Origin: Candidatus Bathyarchaeota archaeon
Lineage (GTDB): Archaea; Thermoproteota; Bathyarchaeia; TCS64
Assembly (NCBI GenBank): GCA_963771885.1
Contig: CAVYVF010000023.1
Coordinates: forward strand, 64,001 to 128,000
DNA: 64,000 nucleotides
Reading direction: 5' to 3'
The notes below the pieces were generated by a model that made no database searches, had not been told where the DNA came from, and worked only from the letters and a program-made list of their open reading frames with translations. A program made the position numbers and the translations under genes. Positions 49,617-59,818 of the stretch are shown piece by piece (the first letter of the stretch is position 1; each line of letters starts with the position of its first letter).

Positions 49617-50539
49617 GGTGCGCCACTGAAAACGTTGACGCCGCTACGCTGCGCCGCCTCCACGCTGGCCACATCCCAGCTTCCGAATGTCTCCGCTGCG
49701 AGCGCCATGTAACCGATCCTCGACGGGTTCCTCCGCTCCATCGTCGCCACGGTGGCGTCTAGAGTCACGCAGTCCCGGCTACCGAGCAGGATTCCCTTGT
49801 TCTTCGCCGTATGTGGCCTGATCGCCTCCTCTGCCGTCCTACCGATCGAGGCTGTATGCACTCCGTCCACCACTCCGACCACGTCGAAGATGCCCCGGTA
49901 GACCTTGTTCATGTCTACTATCGTCTGCGCGAGGTAGCGGTCCCCCTCACCGTGGTACTTAGCCCTCCCAGGACCCGGAATCATTCCGAACAGGTTCTTC
50001 AGCGACAGGCTGAAGGCGATTGGGTCATGGTTGAGCCTGTACTTGGCGAGGCTCAGGAACGTGCCTCCGCGGAGATCGAGTAGCCTCTGCGGCACCCGCT
50101 CATACATCTCTGGGAATAGTACCGGCGGATACTTCTCCGCGGCACGCTTCACCTCGGAGGCGTCGGCAACCCGCTTTCCCCAGACCTCCTCCGTCACGTT
50201 AAGGAACTCGACCCCATGCTTCTTTAGAACGTCGCCGACTCCGGAGTACTCGAGGAACCACTCATCACTCTTACGCAGGTCGCTCCTCTTGCATGATCCT
50301 ATGCCCTTCCCCTCCAGTGCGTCCCGCGTCCTCGCCCACCCGTAGCTCTCAACAACCAGTTTCTCCCCCGGGATGGCGCCGAGAACACCGTCGAGGACAG
50401 CCGCCTCCGTGAAGTTGTTAATAGTGCCCCAGTTGGGCTTGATAACCACCGGCGACTTCAGCTTAAGCTCCGAAACGACCCTCCCGTAGATGGAAGGATC
50501 CAGCGACTGCTCCAGAACGACCCTACCGAACCTCATCAT
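49613..50539 (-). CDS. DUF362 family protein
   Basis: VVIKPNW, SLSLKNLFGMIP, VVDG and D.V.LDA motifs. Confidence 0.8.
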   Translation of the reverse strand: MMRFGRVVLEQSLDPSIYGRVVSELKLKSPVVIKPNWGTINNFTEAAVLDGVLGAIPGEKLVVESYGWARTRDALEGKGIGSCKRSDLRKSDEWFLEYSGVGDVLKKHGVEFLNVTEEVWGKRVADASEVKRAAEKYPPVLFPEMYERVPQRLLDLRGGTFLSLAKYRLNHDPIAFSLSLKNLFGMIPGPGRAKYHGEGDRYLAQTIVDMNKVYRGIFDVVGVVDGVHTASIGRTAEEAIRPHTAKNKGILLGSRDCVTLDATVATMERRNPSRIGYMALAAETFGSWDVASVEAAQRSGVNVFSGAP

Positions 50540-50710
50540 CTATCCCCGAAAACAGTGATACAAAGGCGCCCCAGCCGATTTTAGACTATCGGACACCAGA
50601 GACATATGCGATCACCCCGCCTCCAAGCCCGCGCCGAATAAAACTTGCAGCGAACGAGGAAAAGAATTAAAAACACCCACACATGGGGAAATTTGGCGGC
50701 ACACAATCGA

Positions 50711-52294
50711 ATGAAGGCAGTTCTCTGTGGATGCCTCGTAGACGGCACAGGTAGGCCCGCCCTCGATGACGCGACCATACTCATCGAAGGCAACAAAATA
50801 ACCGCCGTGGGGGACAGGAAAAATATCAAGATCCCCGACGGCGCGGAGATCATCGACGCGACCGGGAAGACGGTCCTCCCGGGTCTCATAGACTCACACA
50901 CCCACTTCCTCGGCATGGGGTATGCCTTGACACACCTTCAACTCATCGACGCCAAGTCGATTGGCGAGATAACTGAGGGGCTCAGACTCTACATCAAATC
51001 AAGACGCATCGCGAAGGATAAATGGGTCCAGGGACGCCAGTGGGATGACCAGAACCTAAAGGAGAGAAGATACCCAACCAAGCACGACCTCGACGAAGTC
51101 TCCCCTGACAACCCCGTCGCGCTCACCCGCATCTGCGCCCACATGATAACCCTGAACACACGCGCACTCAACGCCTGCGGGATAACACGGGACACACCCA
51201 ATCCCCCAGGCGGCGTCATAGACAAGGACGAGCACGGCGAACCCACAGGTGTACTCAGGGACGCGAGAGGCCTGGTCACACCCCACATACCCCCTCCCAC
51301 ACACGAGGAGCTACGGCAGGGAATCAGGGACGCCGTAGCCCTGGCGCACAGTCTCGGCTGCACCGGTATCACGGACTGCAGCCGACCCGACGAATCCGCC
51401 CCACACCTATCCACCAAACCCTACATCGACGCACACAGGGAGAACGACCTACACCTACGCTGCCACGTGATGACCTGGTACCCCCGCGAATGGTCGGGCG
51501 ACCAGTGGCTCACCCTCGGAACCCTCAAGATAGGCATCGACGGCTCCGCCGGCGCCCAGACCGCCCTAATGTTCGAGCCATACTCCAACAACCCCGCGAC
51601 GCGCGGCGTCTATGTTGGCGACCAGGACAGAAACAAGAAGGTCGTCGCGGACCAGCACGCTAAGATGGGCCAGGTGGCCATACACGCGATCGGCGACCGC
51701 GCCTGCTCCGAGGCACTCGACAGGATAGAGGAGGCACTAAAGACCAAGCCACGCCCGGACCACAGGTACAGGATCGAGCACTTCGAGTACCCCATCGACG
51801 CCGACATCGAGAGGGCGAGGAGACTGGGGGTAGTCGCCTCTATGCAGCCCAACTTCGTCGGCGAGTGGGGTTGGCCAGGCGGTATGTACGACAGCAGGGT
51901 CGGTCTCGAGAGGCTGGGAAGGGGTAATCCCTATAGGCGCCTCCTCGACCTCGGCTTCCACATGCCCTTCGGCTCAGACGGCATGCCCTTCCACCCACTT
52001 TACGGCATATGGTCCGCGGTCAACCACCCCCAGCCCAAGAGCAGGATAACCCTGGAGGAGGCTGTCCGAGGCTTCACCCTCGAGGGCGCCTACGCGACTC
52101 GGGAGGAGACCACAAAGGGCTCGATCGAGCGGGGGAAGCTGGCTGACATTGCTATCTTCGACGGTGACCTCAGGGAAGACTGGTTCAAACTAAAGAACAT
52201 GGACCCCAAGACCGTTGAGCGGAACAAGACCGACATCAAGCGGAAGCGCGCCTGGATGACGATACTCGACGGCGAGGTCGTCTACAACGCGTAA
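50711..52294 (+). CDS. Amidohydrolase 3 family (YtcJ-like)
   Basis: PGLIDSHTH, KIGIDGSAG, HAIGDRA, RIEH and FGSDG motifs. Confidence 0.9.
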   Translation: MKAVLCGCLVDGTGRPALDDATILIEGNKITAVGDRKNIKIPDGAEIIDATGKTVLPGLIDSHTHFLGMGYALTHLQLIDAKSIGEITEGLRLYIKSRRIAKDKWVQGRQWDDQNLKERRYPTKHDLDEVSPDNPVALTRICAHMITLNTRALNACGITRDTPNPPGGVIDKDEHGEPTGVLRDARGLVTPHIPPPTHEELRQGIRDAVALAHSLGCTGITDCSRPDESAPHLSTKPYIDAHRENDLHLRCHVMTWYPREWSGDQWLTLGTLKIGIDGSAGAQTALMFEPYSNNPATRGVYVGDQDRNKKVVADQHAKMGQVAIHAIGDRACSEALDRIEEALKTKPRPDHRYRIEHFEYPIDADIERARRLGVVASMQPNFVGEWGWPGGMYDSRVGLERLGRGNPYRRLLDLGFHMPFGSDGMPFHPLYGIWSAVNHPQPKSRITLEEAVRGFTLEGAYATREETTKGSIERGKLADIAIFDGDLREDWFKLKNMDPKTVERNKTDIKRKRAWMTILDGEVVYNA

Positions 52295-52327
52295 ACTAAA
52301 GCATATCTCTGCATCCATTTTTCCCGA

Positions 52328-53290
52328 TTAAGGCTTCTTCAAGATGTCGCGCAGCATGTCTGCAGTGAGGTTTCCCCCGCTAAGAACGACGCCCACCTTC
52401 TTGCCCTCGAGATCCCCGTGCATCTTGGTCACCGCCGCGAGGCTAGCCGCCCCCGCCCCCTCGGCAATCGTATGCGCCTTCTCCACGTAGAGCCTTATCG
52501 CCGCCCTCATCTCCTCCTCGGAGACGAGGACGAATCCGTCGAGGTTGCGCCTCATGATCTCCAAAGGTAGCTCGAAGGCGCTACGCGTCGCGAGTCCATC
52601 AGCGAAGGTCTTCGACTTCCCTGTGCTCTCCATCCGCCCACTCCTCCAGCTCTGGTAGACGCTCTGCGCCTCCTCCGCCTGGACACCGATCACCTTCGTT
52701 CCAGGGGACATTGCCTTGTAGACAGTTGATACGCCCGAGGCGCCCGAGCCCCCGCCGATTGGCACAATGACCACGTCGAGGTCCGGCTGATCCTCAACCA
52801 TCTCAAGCCCTATGGTGCCTACGCCGGCGATGAGGTGCGGCTCGTTGCCGCTGTGCACGTACCTCGCCCCCTGCTCCCAGGCGAGCCTCTCCGCGTTGTT
52901 CTTCGCCTCCTCGAAGTCGGCGCCTTCCTCAACGATCTCAGCGCCGTAGCTCCTGATGGCACGCACCTTATCGGGGTTCGGATTCTTGGGGACGCAGACG
53001 GTCGCCTTGACGCCGAACATCCTGCAAGCAAGCGCGATGGACTGTCCGTGATTCCCCGTCGAAGCCGTCACCACGCCCTTCAGCCTCTCGTCGTTGCTGA
53101 GCTGGCTGATGAGGTTGATACCTCCCCTGATCTTGAAGGCACATGTCGGCTGGTGGTTCTCATGCTTCACGTAGACCTCGCAGCCGACCATCTCGGATAA
53201 GGCGCTGTACTCGCGCAGAGGCGTTCTCGCAAGATAGGGCTGTATCCTCTTCTGGGCAGCAATAACATCCAGGAGTGTAGGCGCGTACAT
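52328..53290 (-). CDS. Threonine/serine dehydratase (fold II PLP), without regulatory domain
   Basis: KHEN.QPTCAFKIRG, STGNHG, PIGGGSG and SGGN motifs. Confidence 0.9.
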   Translation of the reverse strand: MYAPTLLDVIAAQKRIQPYLARTPLREYSALSEMVGCEVYVKHENHQPTCAFKIRGGINLISQLSNDERLKGVVTASTGNHGQSIALACRMFGVKATVCVPKNPNPDKVRAIRSYGAEIVEEGADFEEAKNNAERLAWEQGARYVHSGNEPHLIAGVGTIGLEMVEDQPDLDVVIVPIGGGSGASGVSTVYKAMSPGTKVIGVQAEEAQSVYQSWRSGRMESTGKSKTFADGLATRSAFELPLEIMRRNLDGFVLVSEEEMRAAIRLYVEKAHTIAEGAGAASLAAVTKMHGDLEGKKVGVVLSGGNLTADMLRDILKKP

Positions 53291-53379
53291 TGTACTCGCC
53301 CAATTCTTGGACGCCCGGATTAATAACAGGCACTGGCTCGATGCACGTCTAGATGACAGGCGGGGATGAGCTCGGGTGG

Positions 53380-54173
53380 CTAAATGTACAGGTCTCTCTT
53401 GGCGTACGTCAGATATGCGCCCGCCATGCTAACCAAAACGATCACAAGCGACAGACCCACGAAAGCCAGATCGATCCTCGACTCGTGAAGCATCGCGACC
53501 GCATCGAAGTACTTGAAGGGGGAGAAGTATTTGAGAAAGTCGAGGTTGCCGTCCAAGGTAGAGACGATGGAGATGAAGTAGGTTCCCAGCAGCACTGACA
53601 CTGCCAGAGAGCTGGCCTGTTTGTACCGTTTCATGGCGCAACCCAGGAAAATGCCGATGGAGAGAAACGTCAACTGCATGATGAACAGCGCCAACATGCA
53701 CAGGCTCAGAAAGCTGTAGAAACTGGCGTCGGGATGATAGCGCTGCACACTTGCTAGGGATATTCCCCAGGTGATGAGCAGCAGACAGATGCAGTTGACA
53801 AGCGCCGCAAGGGTCTTGGCGGTAACAAGGCGGCTGCGGGTCACTGGCAAGGTCAGAGAGAACTCGACGGTTTTGTCGCGTTCCTCCTTCGAGATGATGT
53901 CGCTGCCCCACATCGTCGCCGCGATGGACAGGAGGAGCGCGTAGTAAGTGAACATGACCCCAAAGAAGCCGCTGACGTGGTCAGGTTAAACGCGAGGAGA
54001 TTGAACGCCGCCAGCAGAGCCGGGGGCATGGCGTCCAGTATCGCCAACATCTCCGGGTTCTCGTAGTAGGCTGAAAACTTGGACATGCCTATCGAGACGA
54101 ACAGGACCACAATGACTCCCCAGATGAGCAGCGATCTCAGGTTCGCCTTCAGTTCCCTCATGAAGATGTTCAT
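53380..54173 (-). CDS. ABC-2 permease; frameshift near 53976
   Basis: MNIFMRELK...; ISKEERDKTVEFSLTLPVTR; SPFKYF. Confidence 0.85.
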
Positions 54174-54185
54174 GTGTTGATCTCC

Positions 54186-54996
54186 TCACACCACCGCGGG
54201 GATATCCCGCCTGCTATAGAGCACGTAGCTGCCAACCAGAGAAGATACAATCACCGAGACACTGAGCAGCACCAGAGGCAGATCATAGGACCCCTGCTGG
54301 ATGATGTAGTTGGGGTCGAAGTGCTTGAAGGGAGTCATCTTCTCCAGAATGTTCTCGCCAAGCATGTCGCCGAAGATGCTAAGCACATACATCCCGAACC
54401 CAAGCGCCATCGAGTAGGGCGTCACGCTCCTGATCCTCTTCACCAACAGCGAAATCACCAGGCCGACGCTCAGGAAGAACAGCTGGAACACGACGATGCT
54501 CAGCAGCAACAGCAGCAGCGTGCCTGTCTCAAAGGTTCTATCCCCCTTGAACAGGTTGAGGGATGCGAAACTGCTGATCCAGACGACGATGTTTGTGATG
54601 GTCAACCCGACGAATGCGGCGAGCAGTTTGCTGGTTAGTATCTGGGTGCGCTCCACGGGCTTGGCCAACAGGAAATCCGCCGTCCACTCTCTCTCCTCGA
54701 CCGAGACCAGCGAAAACCCGTAATTCGCCGCCTGGATCGCCAGGCAGATCTGGACGAAGAGGAAGACAAAGCCGAAGTAGCCGAGGGGTGTTGAGAGGTC
54801 CACGCCGTTCATGCCGAAGGCGATGAGCAGTTCCTTCGGGAAATTGGCCATCATCTCGTTTAGAAGCCCCACCTGCTGCGAGAATGAGGAGAATAATGAA
54901 ACAAAGACAAATATCAGCGCCGCCACTGCCACCGACCAGGTGAACGACTGACCCCAGGTGCATCTTGAACTCATGTCGGAAGATGTTCATGGCCAT
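54186..54996 (-). CDS. ABC-2 permease; frameshift near 54945
   Basis: MNIFRHEFK...; SVEEREWTADFLLAKPVER; TPFKHF. Confidence 0.85.
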
Positions 54997-55007
54997 GAAG
55001 TCATCCC

Positions 55008-55880
55008 CTACTCGTAATAATGCATGAAGATCTCTTCCAGCGTCGGCTCCTCGATCGTCACATCGGAGACCTTCATCCCGCCGATCTTGTGCATGACCGC
55101 GTTGATGTCGCCCTTGTAGAAGAAGCGGACCGCGCCGTTGTGGTGCTCCAGATTGGTCACGCCGGGGATGTCGAAATAAGCAGCGTCGAGACTGTCGGCC
55201 ACCACCCTGAATTTCTTGTAGTTGTTCTGCTGCAGGGTGCGGATATCCGCCATCTCGATGATCTTGCCTTCCTTGATGATGGCCACACGGTTACACATCC
55301 GCTGCACCTCGCCGAGGATGTGCGAGGAGAAGAAGATGGTCACCCCGCGCTGATTCTCTTCCTTGATGAGCTGGAAGAATTTGCGCTGCATGAGCGGGTC
55401 GAGGCCAGCGGTCGGCTCGTCGAGGAGAAGCAGCTTGGGCCGATGCTGGAGACCCTGGACGATGCCTACTTTCTTCCGGTTGCCATAGGAGAGGTCTTCG
55501 ATGCGGCGATCCAGCTCGAGCTCCATCAGCTCAGCCAACTCGTGCATGCGCTTGGTGCTGTCCTGAGGGTAGAAACTGGCCGAGTACTTGAGCAGGTCGA
55601 TGACCTTCATGCGGTCGTAGTAGAAAACCTCGGAGGGCAGGTACCCGATGTCCCGTCTGAGCTCAGGCCCGTACTTGATGCAGTCCTTGCCGAAGATCGT
55701 GGCGCTGCCGCTGGTGGGATGGATCAGTGACAACAGCAACCGGATCGTGGTCGATTTACCCGCCCCATTTGGCCCGATGAAGCCAAAAATCTCCCCCTCA
55801 TCGACTTGAAACGAAATATCATCGATGCCCCGGGCTTTGCCATAGTACTTTGTCAGATGCTGGGCTTCAATAACACTCAT
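55008..55880 (-). CDS. ABC-2 ATP-binding protein
   Basis: GPNGAGKST, LSYGNRKK, LDEPTAGLD and EPTLEEIF motifs. Confidence 0.93.
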   Translation of the reverse strand: MSVIEAQHLTKYYGKARGIDDISFQVDEGEIFGFIGPNGAGKSTTIRLLLSLIHPTSGSATIFGKDCIKYGPELRRDIGYLPSEVFYYDRMKVIDLLKYSASFYPQDSTKRMHELAELMELELDRRIEDLSYGNRKKVGIVQGLQHRPKLLLLDEPTAGLDPLMQRKFFQLIKEENQRGVTIFFSSHILGEVQRMCNRVAIIKEGKIIEMADIRTLQQNNYKKFRVVADSLDAAYFDIPGVTNLEHHNGAVRFFYKGDINAVMHKIGGMKVSDVTIEEPTLEEIFMHYYE

Positions 55881-56094
55881 GGTGACACACTCAGTGATTA
55901 CTTCTCTACCCGGGACGCACAGCGATACGAATACGCACGTCTATAAATGATTCAGTCAGGCAGCCAATATTTAAACCAGTTTTATCCTCATCTCGAAGAA
56001 CACTACCAACCAAATGGAAGAGCGTTCTAGCAGCGGCGACTCAAAATCGTTGAAAAAGACAGTTATTCCACGTTTAAAAGAGCATCTTAGTGGG

Positions 56095-57261
56095 CTAGGC
56101 GAAGACCTTCTCGAACCTCTCCACCAACTCCTTCTCCTGCCCGGGCAGCAGCATCAGGGTGTTGATGATGAAGTTGTTGCTGTCCCCCCAGTACCTGACC
56201 CAGATCTCCGGGTCCCCCTCTTTCAGATCCTTCACGATCTTCGACACCTCCTCGATACTACTGTCGACGAAGTGGATGTTCAGGCCGAGGGTGTTATAGG
56301 CGATCCCCGTCCCGCTCTTTGGTAACCAAGTTATCCTCGCCTCCTTAAGCCCCGGCAGCTTCCTAATCCGCTTCTCGATGTACTGCGCCCTCTTCCAAGC
56401 CGGCGCAATCCTCTCCGCCTCATGGTCAAGCGCCATCCAACGCTTGAACGCAACTATGAGCCCAACGATCTCCTGCCTGTCAAGTTTGTAGCCGCGGCCG
56501 ATTCCTCTCCACTTCCCTGGCGTCTCGTCGGGACCACTCTCAGCCCCGATGAAGCTGTGGAGCATCATCGCCTCGATCAGGTCCTTCTTCCCGATGGCGA
56601 AGCCCGTGCTGTTGGGCCCAAGGACGTACTTGCCACCGAATGCAACGACGTCCGCCCCCATGTCCATGTAGGACTTGAAGTTGCTCGTCGGGTACGTCAT
56701 CCCCGCGGCGTCCACGATGACGGGTATCCCATGGCTGTGAGCCATCTTGAGAAGCTCCTTTAACCCTGGTACACCCCTCTTCGGCCCAGTGGGGAAAGCG
56801 TAGTGGATCGCCGCTGTCTTCTCAGTTATGGCGGCCTCGAACTCTGTCACGCTACAGCCCCAGTTCTCGTCGCCCACCATAACGAAATGCCCACCCGCGA
56901 CCTCCATGGCGCGGTCGTAGACGTAGAGCCTGTTACACCTCTGGATGATGATCTCGTTCTTCATGCCCTCCGTGTTGGGGAGGCGCCGCATCTTCTCAGG
57001 GTCCCTCCCAGCGATGCAGGCGGCCGCCGCGAGGGTGAGCGCGGCGAATCCGCCGCTCGTAATTAGGGCGGCCTCCGCCCCCGTCCCCTTCGCGATTATC
57101 TGGCCCCCCTTCACCATGAGGTCCCACATGTTGCAGTAACCCTCGTTCGCCCTCTCCATCGCCTCCTGAACCTCCTTCGGCACGGTGCTACCGCCGAGGC
57201 GGGTAAGGGCGAAAGCGGCGTTCACGACGCGCTTGACGCCAATCTCAGAATAGACGCTCAT
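56095..57261 (-). CDS. SelA-like / DgaE-like PLP-dependent enzyme
   Basis: VVNAA..LTRLGGS, IVDAAG, FGGKYVLGPNSTG and GIGRGYK motifs. Confidence 0.8.
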   Translation of the reverse strand: MSVYSEIGVKRVVNAAFALTRLGGSTVPKEVQEAMERANEGYCNMWDLMVKGGQIIAKGTGAEAALITSGGFAALTLAAAACIAGRDPEKMRRLPNTEGMKNEIIIQRCNRLYVYDRAMEVAGGHFVMVGDENWGCSVTEFEAAITEKTAAIHYAFPTGPKRGVPGLKELLKMAHSHGIPVIVDAAGMTYPTSNFKSYMDMGADVVAFGGKYVLGPNSTGFAIGKKDLIEAMMLHSFIGAESGPDETPGKWRGIGRGYKLDRQEIVGLIVAFKRWMALDHEAERIAPAWKRAQYIEKRIRKLPGLKEARITWLPKSGTGIAYNTLGLNIHFVDSSIEEVSKIVKDLKEGDPEIWVRYWGDSNNFIINTLMLLPGQEKELVERFEKVFA

Positions 57262-57302
57262 AAATGGGAGAAGAGCCATGAGCCGATAAAACAGTTTGGG
57301 GC

Positions 57303-57770
57303 TCAGCGATCCTCTTCGAGGCCACGTTCGCGGCGGAGGAAGTCGCCCACATCGAAGATGTTCCTCAGGAGGGTCCTCCCCCCCTGCACTTCAACCCGCC
57401 CGTATCCGAGGCAGTCGCCGCCCATCATGACGAGGAAGTAAGCCCCATCAGCTAGCTCCCCCTCCGACTTGGTGACGCTCTCGGCGAAGACGTCCCGCCC
57501 GCAGGCAAAGAGCCACCCAACGCGCTCGTCCACCCACACCTTATGCGACCCCTCCATCCCCCCCAACTCGCGCAGCAGCCCCGCCCCGGGGATGAACTCC
57601 CCCTTCGTCCGCCCTAGCAGCTTACCCGCGTAGATCAACCTCCCTTTGTCGTGGATCCGCGCCGAGACCACAGGGGCAACGACGAAGCGCCTGTTGTTCA
57701 AACTGATTCTCTCCCCCGCCGGCTCGTAAACGACGCCGATTGCCGCGAGGAAATCCTTCAACTCCCTCAC
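57303..57770 (-). CDS. NIP7-like PUA-domain ribosome biogenesis protein
   Basis: AGKLLG, KVWVD..WLFACGRDVF, LGYG and NIFDVGDFLRRE; coupled to the NOP2 homolog. Confidence 0.75.
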   Translation of the reverse strand: MRELKDFLAAIGVVYEPAGERISLNNRRFVVAPVVSARIHDKGRLIYAGKLLGRTKGEFIPGAGLLRELGGMEGSHKVWVDERVGWLFACGRDVFAESVTKSEGELADGAYFLVMMGGDCLGYGRVEVQGGRTLLRNIFDVGDFLRRERGLEEDR

Positions 57771-58690
57771 GACTTCACCACCTTAGCGACGAAGAAGCCC
57801 TGCGTCCCCGTCTCATCGGGCCAGAACCTCCGGCACCTCGCCACCTCTGGGCTCAGAGTCCTCCCCAGCACCTCCGTCAGAGCTGGACTGCCCGGCCCCG
57901 CCACCTCCTCGAGCCTAACAGGATGATTCTCAATGAGCCACTGGGCGTTGAACTCGTCCTCCTCAGGCTCGAGGCTGCATGTGGTGTAGACGAGCGTCCC
58001 ACCAGGCTTCAGCAGGCCCACAGCGGCGCCGAGGAGCCTCCTCTGCTCCAGTGAGTTCTTCTCCACATCCCCGATGTCCCGCTTCCTGAACCACTCACTG
58101 TCAGTGACGTAATTGCCGGAGCAGGGGGCGTCGAGCAGAATCTTGTCGAATAGCTCGCCCCCGTAGTCGAGACTGGTGGCGTCGGCGCAGTAGGCGACGC
58201 AGTTCTCCACGCCTAGGCGCTCGAGTGTGTTCTCCAGAGCGTAGAGGCGATCCCTCTTCACATCAACGGCGACGATTGCTCCAGCGTTACCCATCCATGC
58301 CGCCGCCTGAGCCGTCTTCCCCCCGGGAGCGGCGCACATGTCAAGCACGACCTCACCCCCCGCCGGGGCTAACACCTCGATTGGGAACTGAGCTGCCGCC
58401 TCCTGAATTGCGTAGAGGCCGAGCAGATACTCGAAGCTCGCCCCGACGCTCGACTCACCCCCCTCGACATAGAAGCCATCACGAAGCCAAGGTATCGGCG
58501 TCAGCTTCACACCCCTCGCGGTGAGCTTCTGCCCAAGCTCTTCCCTTCCAGCGAGAAGCGTATTGACCCTGATCGCACGCCGCGTCCTCTCGCCGCCAGT
58601 AAGCTCGTGCCCCATTGCCCTGTAACGGTCGAGGAAGATATCGGCACCCATGAGACGCTTCTCAGCCGGAGGCGATTTAACCGTTCCCAC
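57767..58690 (-). CDS. RsmB/NOL1/NOP2 RNA m5C methyltransferase
   Basis: LDMCAAPGGKT, LLDAPCSG and YTTCSLEPEEDE motifs. Confidence 0.93.
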   Translation of the reverse strand: MGTVKSPPAEKRLMGADIFLDRYRAMGHELTGGERTRRAIRVNTLLAGREELGQKLTARGVKLTPIPWLRDGFYVEGGESSVGASFEYLLGLYAIQEAAAQFPIEVLAPAGGEVVLDMCAAPGGKTAQAAAWMGNAGAIVAVDVKRDRLYALENTLERLGVENCVAYCADATSLDYGGELFDKILLDAPCSGNYVTDSEWFRKRDIGDVEKNSLEQRRLLGAAVGLLKPGGTLVYTTCSLEPEEDEFNAQWLIENHPVRLEEVAGPGSPALTEVLGRTLSPEVARCRRFWPDETGTQGFFVAKVVKS

Positions 58691-58743
58691 ATCAACCCAG
58701 ATTTATAGCCTCGATGCCACCCACACTTCACTGAGGCATCAAT

Positions 58744-59784
58744 TTGAGACCGCAGCTGAGAGAACTCGGCATCGAACTGGGCACGATGAAGACGGGCAGG
58801 TTGAATACTATAACAGATGTCGATGGTGTGGGTGTAGGCCACTCGACTCTCATAGAGGGTGACTCAGTTCGGACAGGGGTCACCGCCATAGTGCCTCACC
58901 AGGACAACCTCATCGAGGATAAGGTCACAGCCGCCGTCGACCTCTTCAACGCCTACGGTAAATCGACAGGGCTGCCACAGATCATCTACGAGGGCACACT
59001 CGAGACACCGATCATGCTAACAGAGACCCTGAACACATGGCGCGTCGCCGACGCCGTCGTCGACTACCACCGCGAGAGGCTCGGCCTCGAGCCACAATCA
59101 CTCAACGTGGTCGTTGGCGAGACGAACGGCGGCTACCTCACCGACAACCTCGGCAGGTACGTCGGGAAGGAGCATGTTTTTGAGGCGCTCGACATCGCCC
59201 GGAGCCCCGCGGGGAGGGGCAAGGTCCCCGAGGGAAACGTCGGCGGTGGGACGCCGATGACGGGTTACGGCTTCAAGGGGGGCATAGGCACCTCTAGCCG
59301 CGTCGGCGACGGCTTCACTGTCGGCGCTCTCGTTCAGCTCAACTGTGGCAACAAGGAGGACCTCACAATCGCAGGTGTCTCCGTCGGCAAGGAGGTTAAA
59401 CTTCCCAAGAAGCCGGAGGCGAGCCCAGGTAACAGCATCATGATGATAATCGCCACCGACATCGCGGTAGAGTCGCGCCAGCTCTGGAAGGTCGCTAAGA
59501 GGGCGACGCTTGGGTTGGCAAGGACGGGCACATACGGCGGCAACGGCAGCGGCGACTTCACCATCGCCTTCACGACCGGGAAGAAGCCACACGAGAAGTG
59601 CGGCGACGAATTCCTCAACCCCATCTACAAAGCGACAGTCGAGACGACCGAGGAGGCTGTCATAAACGCACTCTTCGCCGCCGAGACAATGAAGGGCTAC
59701 CAAGGACACGTCAGACACGCCCTCCCCCTAGACCAGGTGACAGAGATAATCGAAAAAAACCGCCGAATAGCTGGCAAGGGTTAA
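58744..59784 (+). CDS. DmpA-like S58 aminopeptidase/D-esterase
   Basis: NTITDVDGVGVGH, EGNVGGG, FKGGIGTSSR, NSIMMIIATD and GSGDF motifs. Confidence 0.9.
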   Translation: MRPQLRELGIELGTMKTGRLNTITDVDGVGVGHSTLIEGDSVRTGVTAIVPHQDNLIEDKVTAAVDLFNAYGKSTGLPQIIYEGTLETPIMLTETLNTWRVADAVVDYHRERLGLEPQSLNVVVGETNGGYLTDNLGRYVGKEHVFEALDIARSPAGRGKVPEGNVGGGTPMTGYGFKGGIGTSSRVGDGFTVGALVQLNCGNKEDLTIAGVSVGKEVKLPKKPEASPGNSIMMIIATDIAVESRQLWKVAKRATLGLARTGTYGGNGSGDFTIAFTTGKKPHEKCGDEFLNPIYKATVETTEEAVINALFAAETMKGYQGHVRHALPLDQVTEIIEKNRRIAGKG

Positions 59785-59818
59785 ACCTCTTCAAGCGCCA
59801 ATAGGCTCGGTGCAGTTC

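Noticed and set aside
56095..57261. Selenocysteine synthase / Sec system
   Set aside because: It lacks the SelA N-terminal domain, no selB, selD, tRNA-Sec or SECIS is present, and the TGA stops at 31273 and 39676 are explained by frameshifts rather than readthrough.
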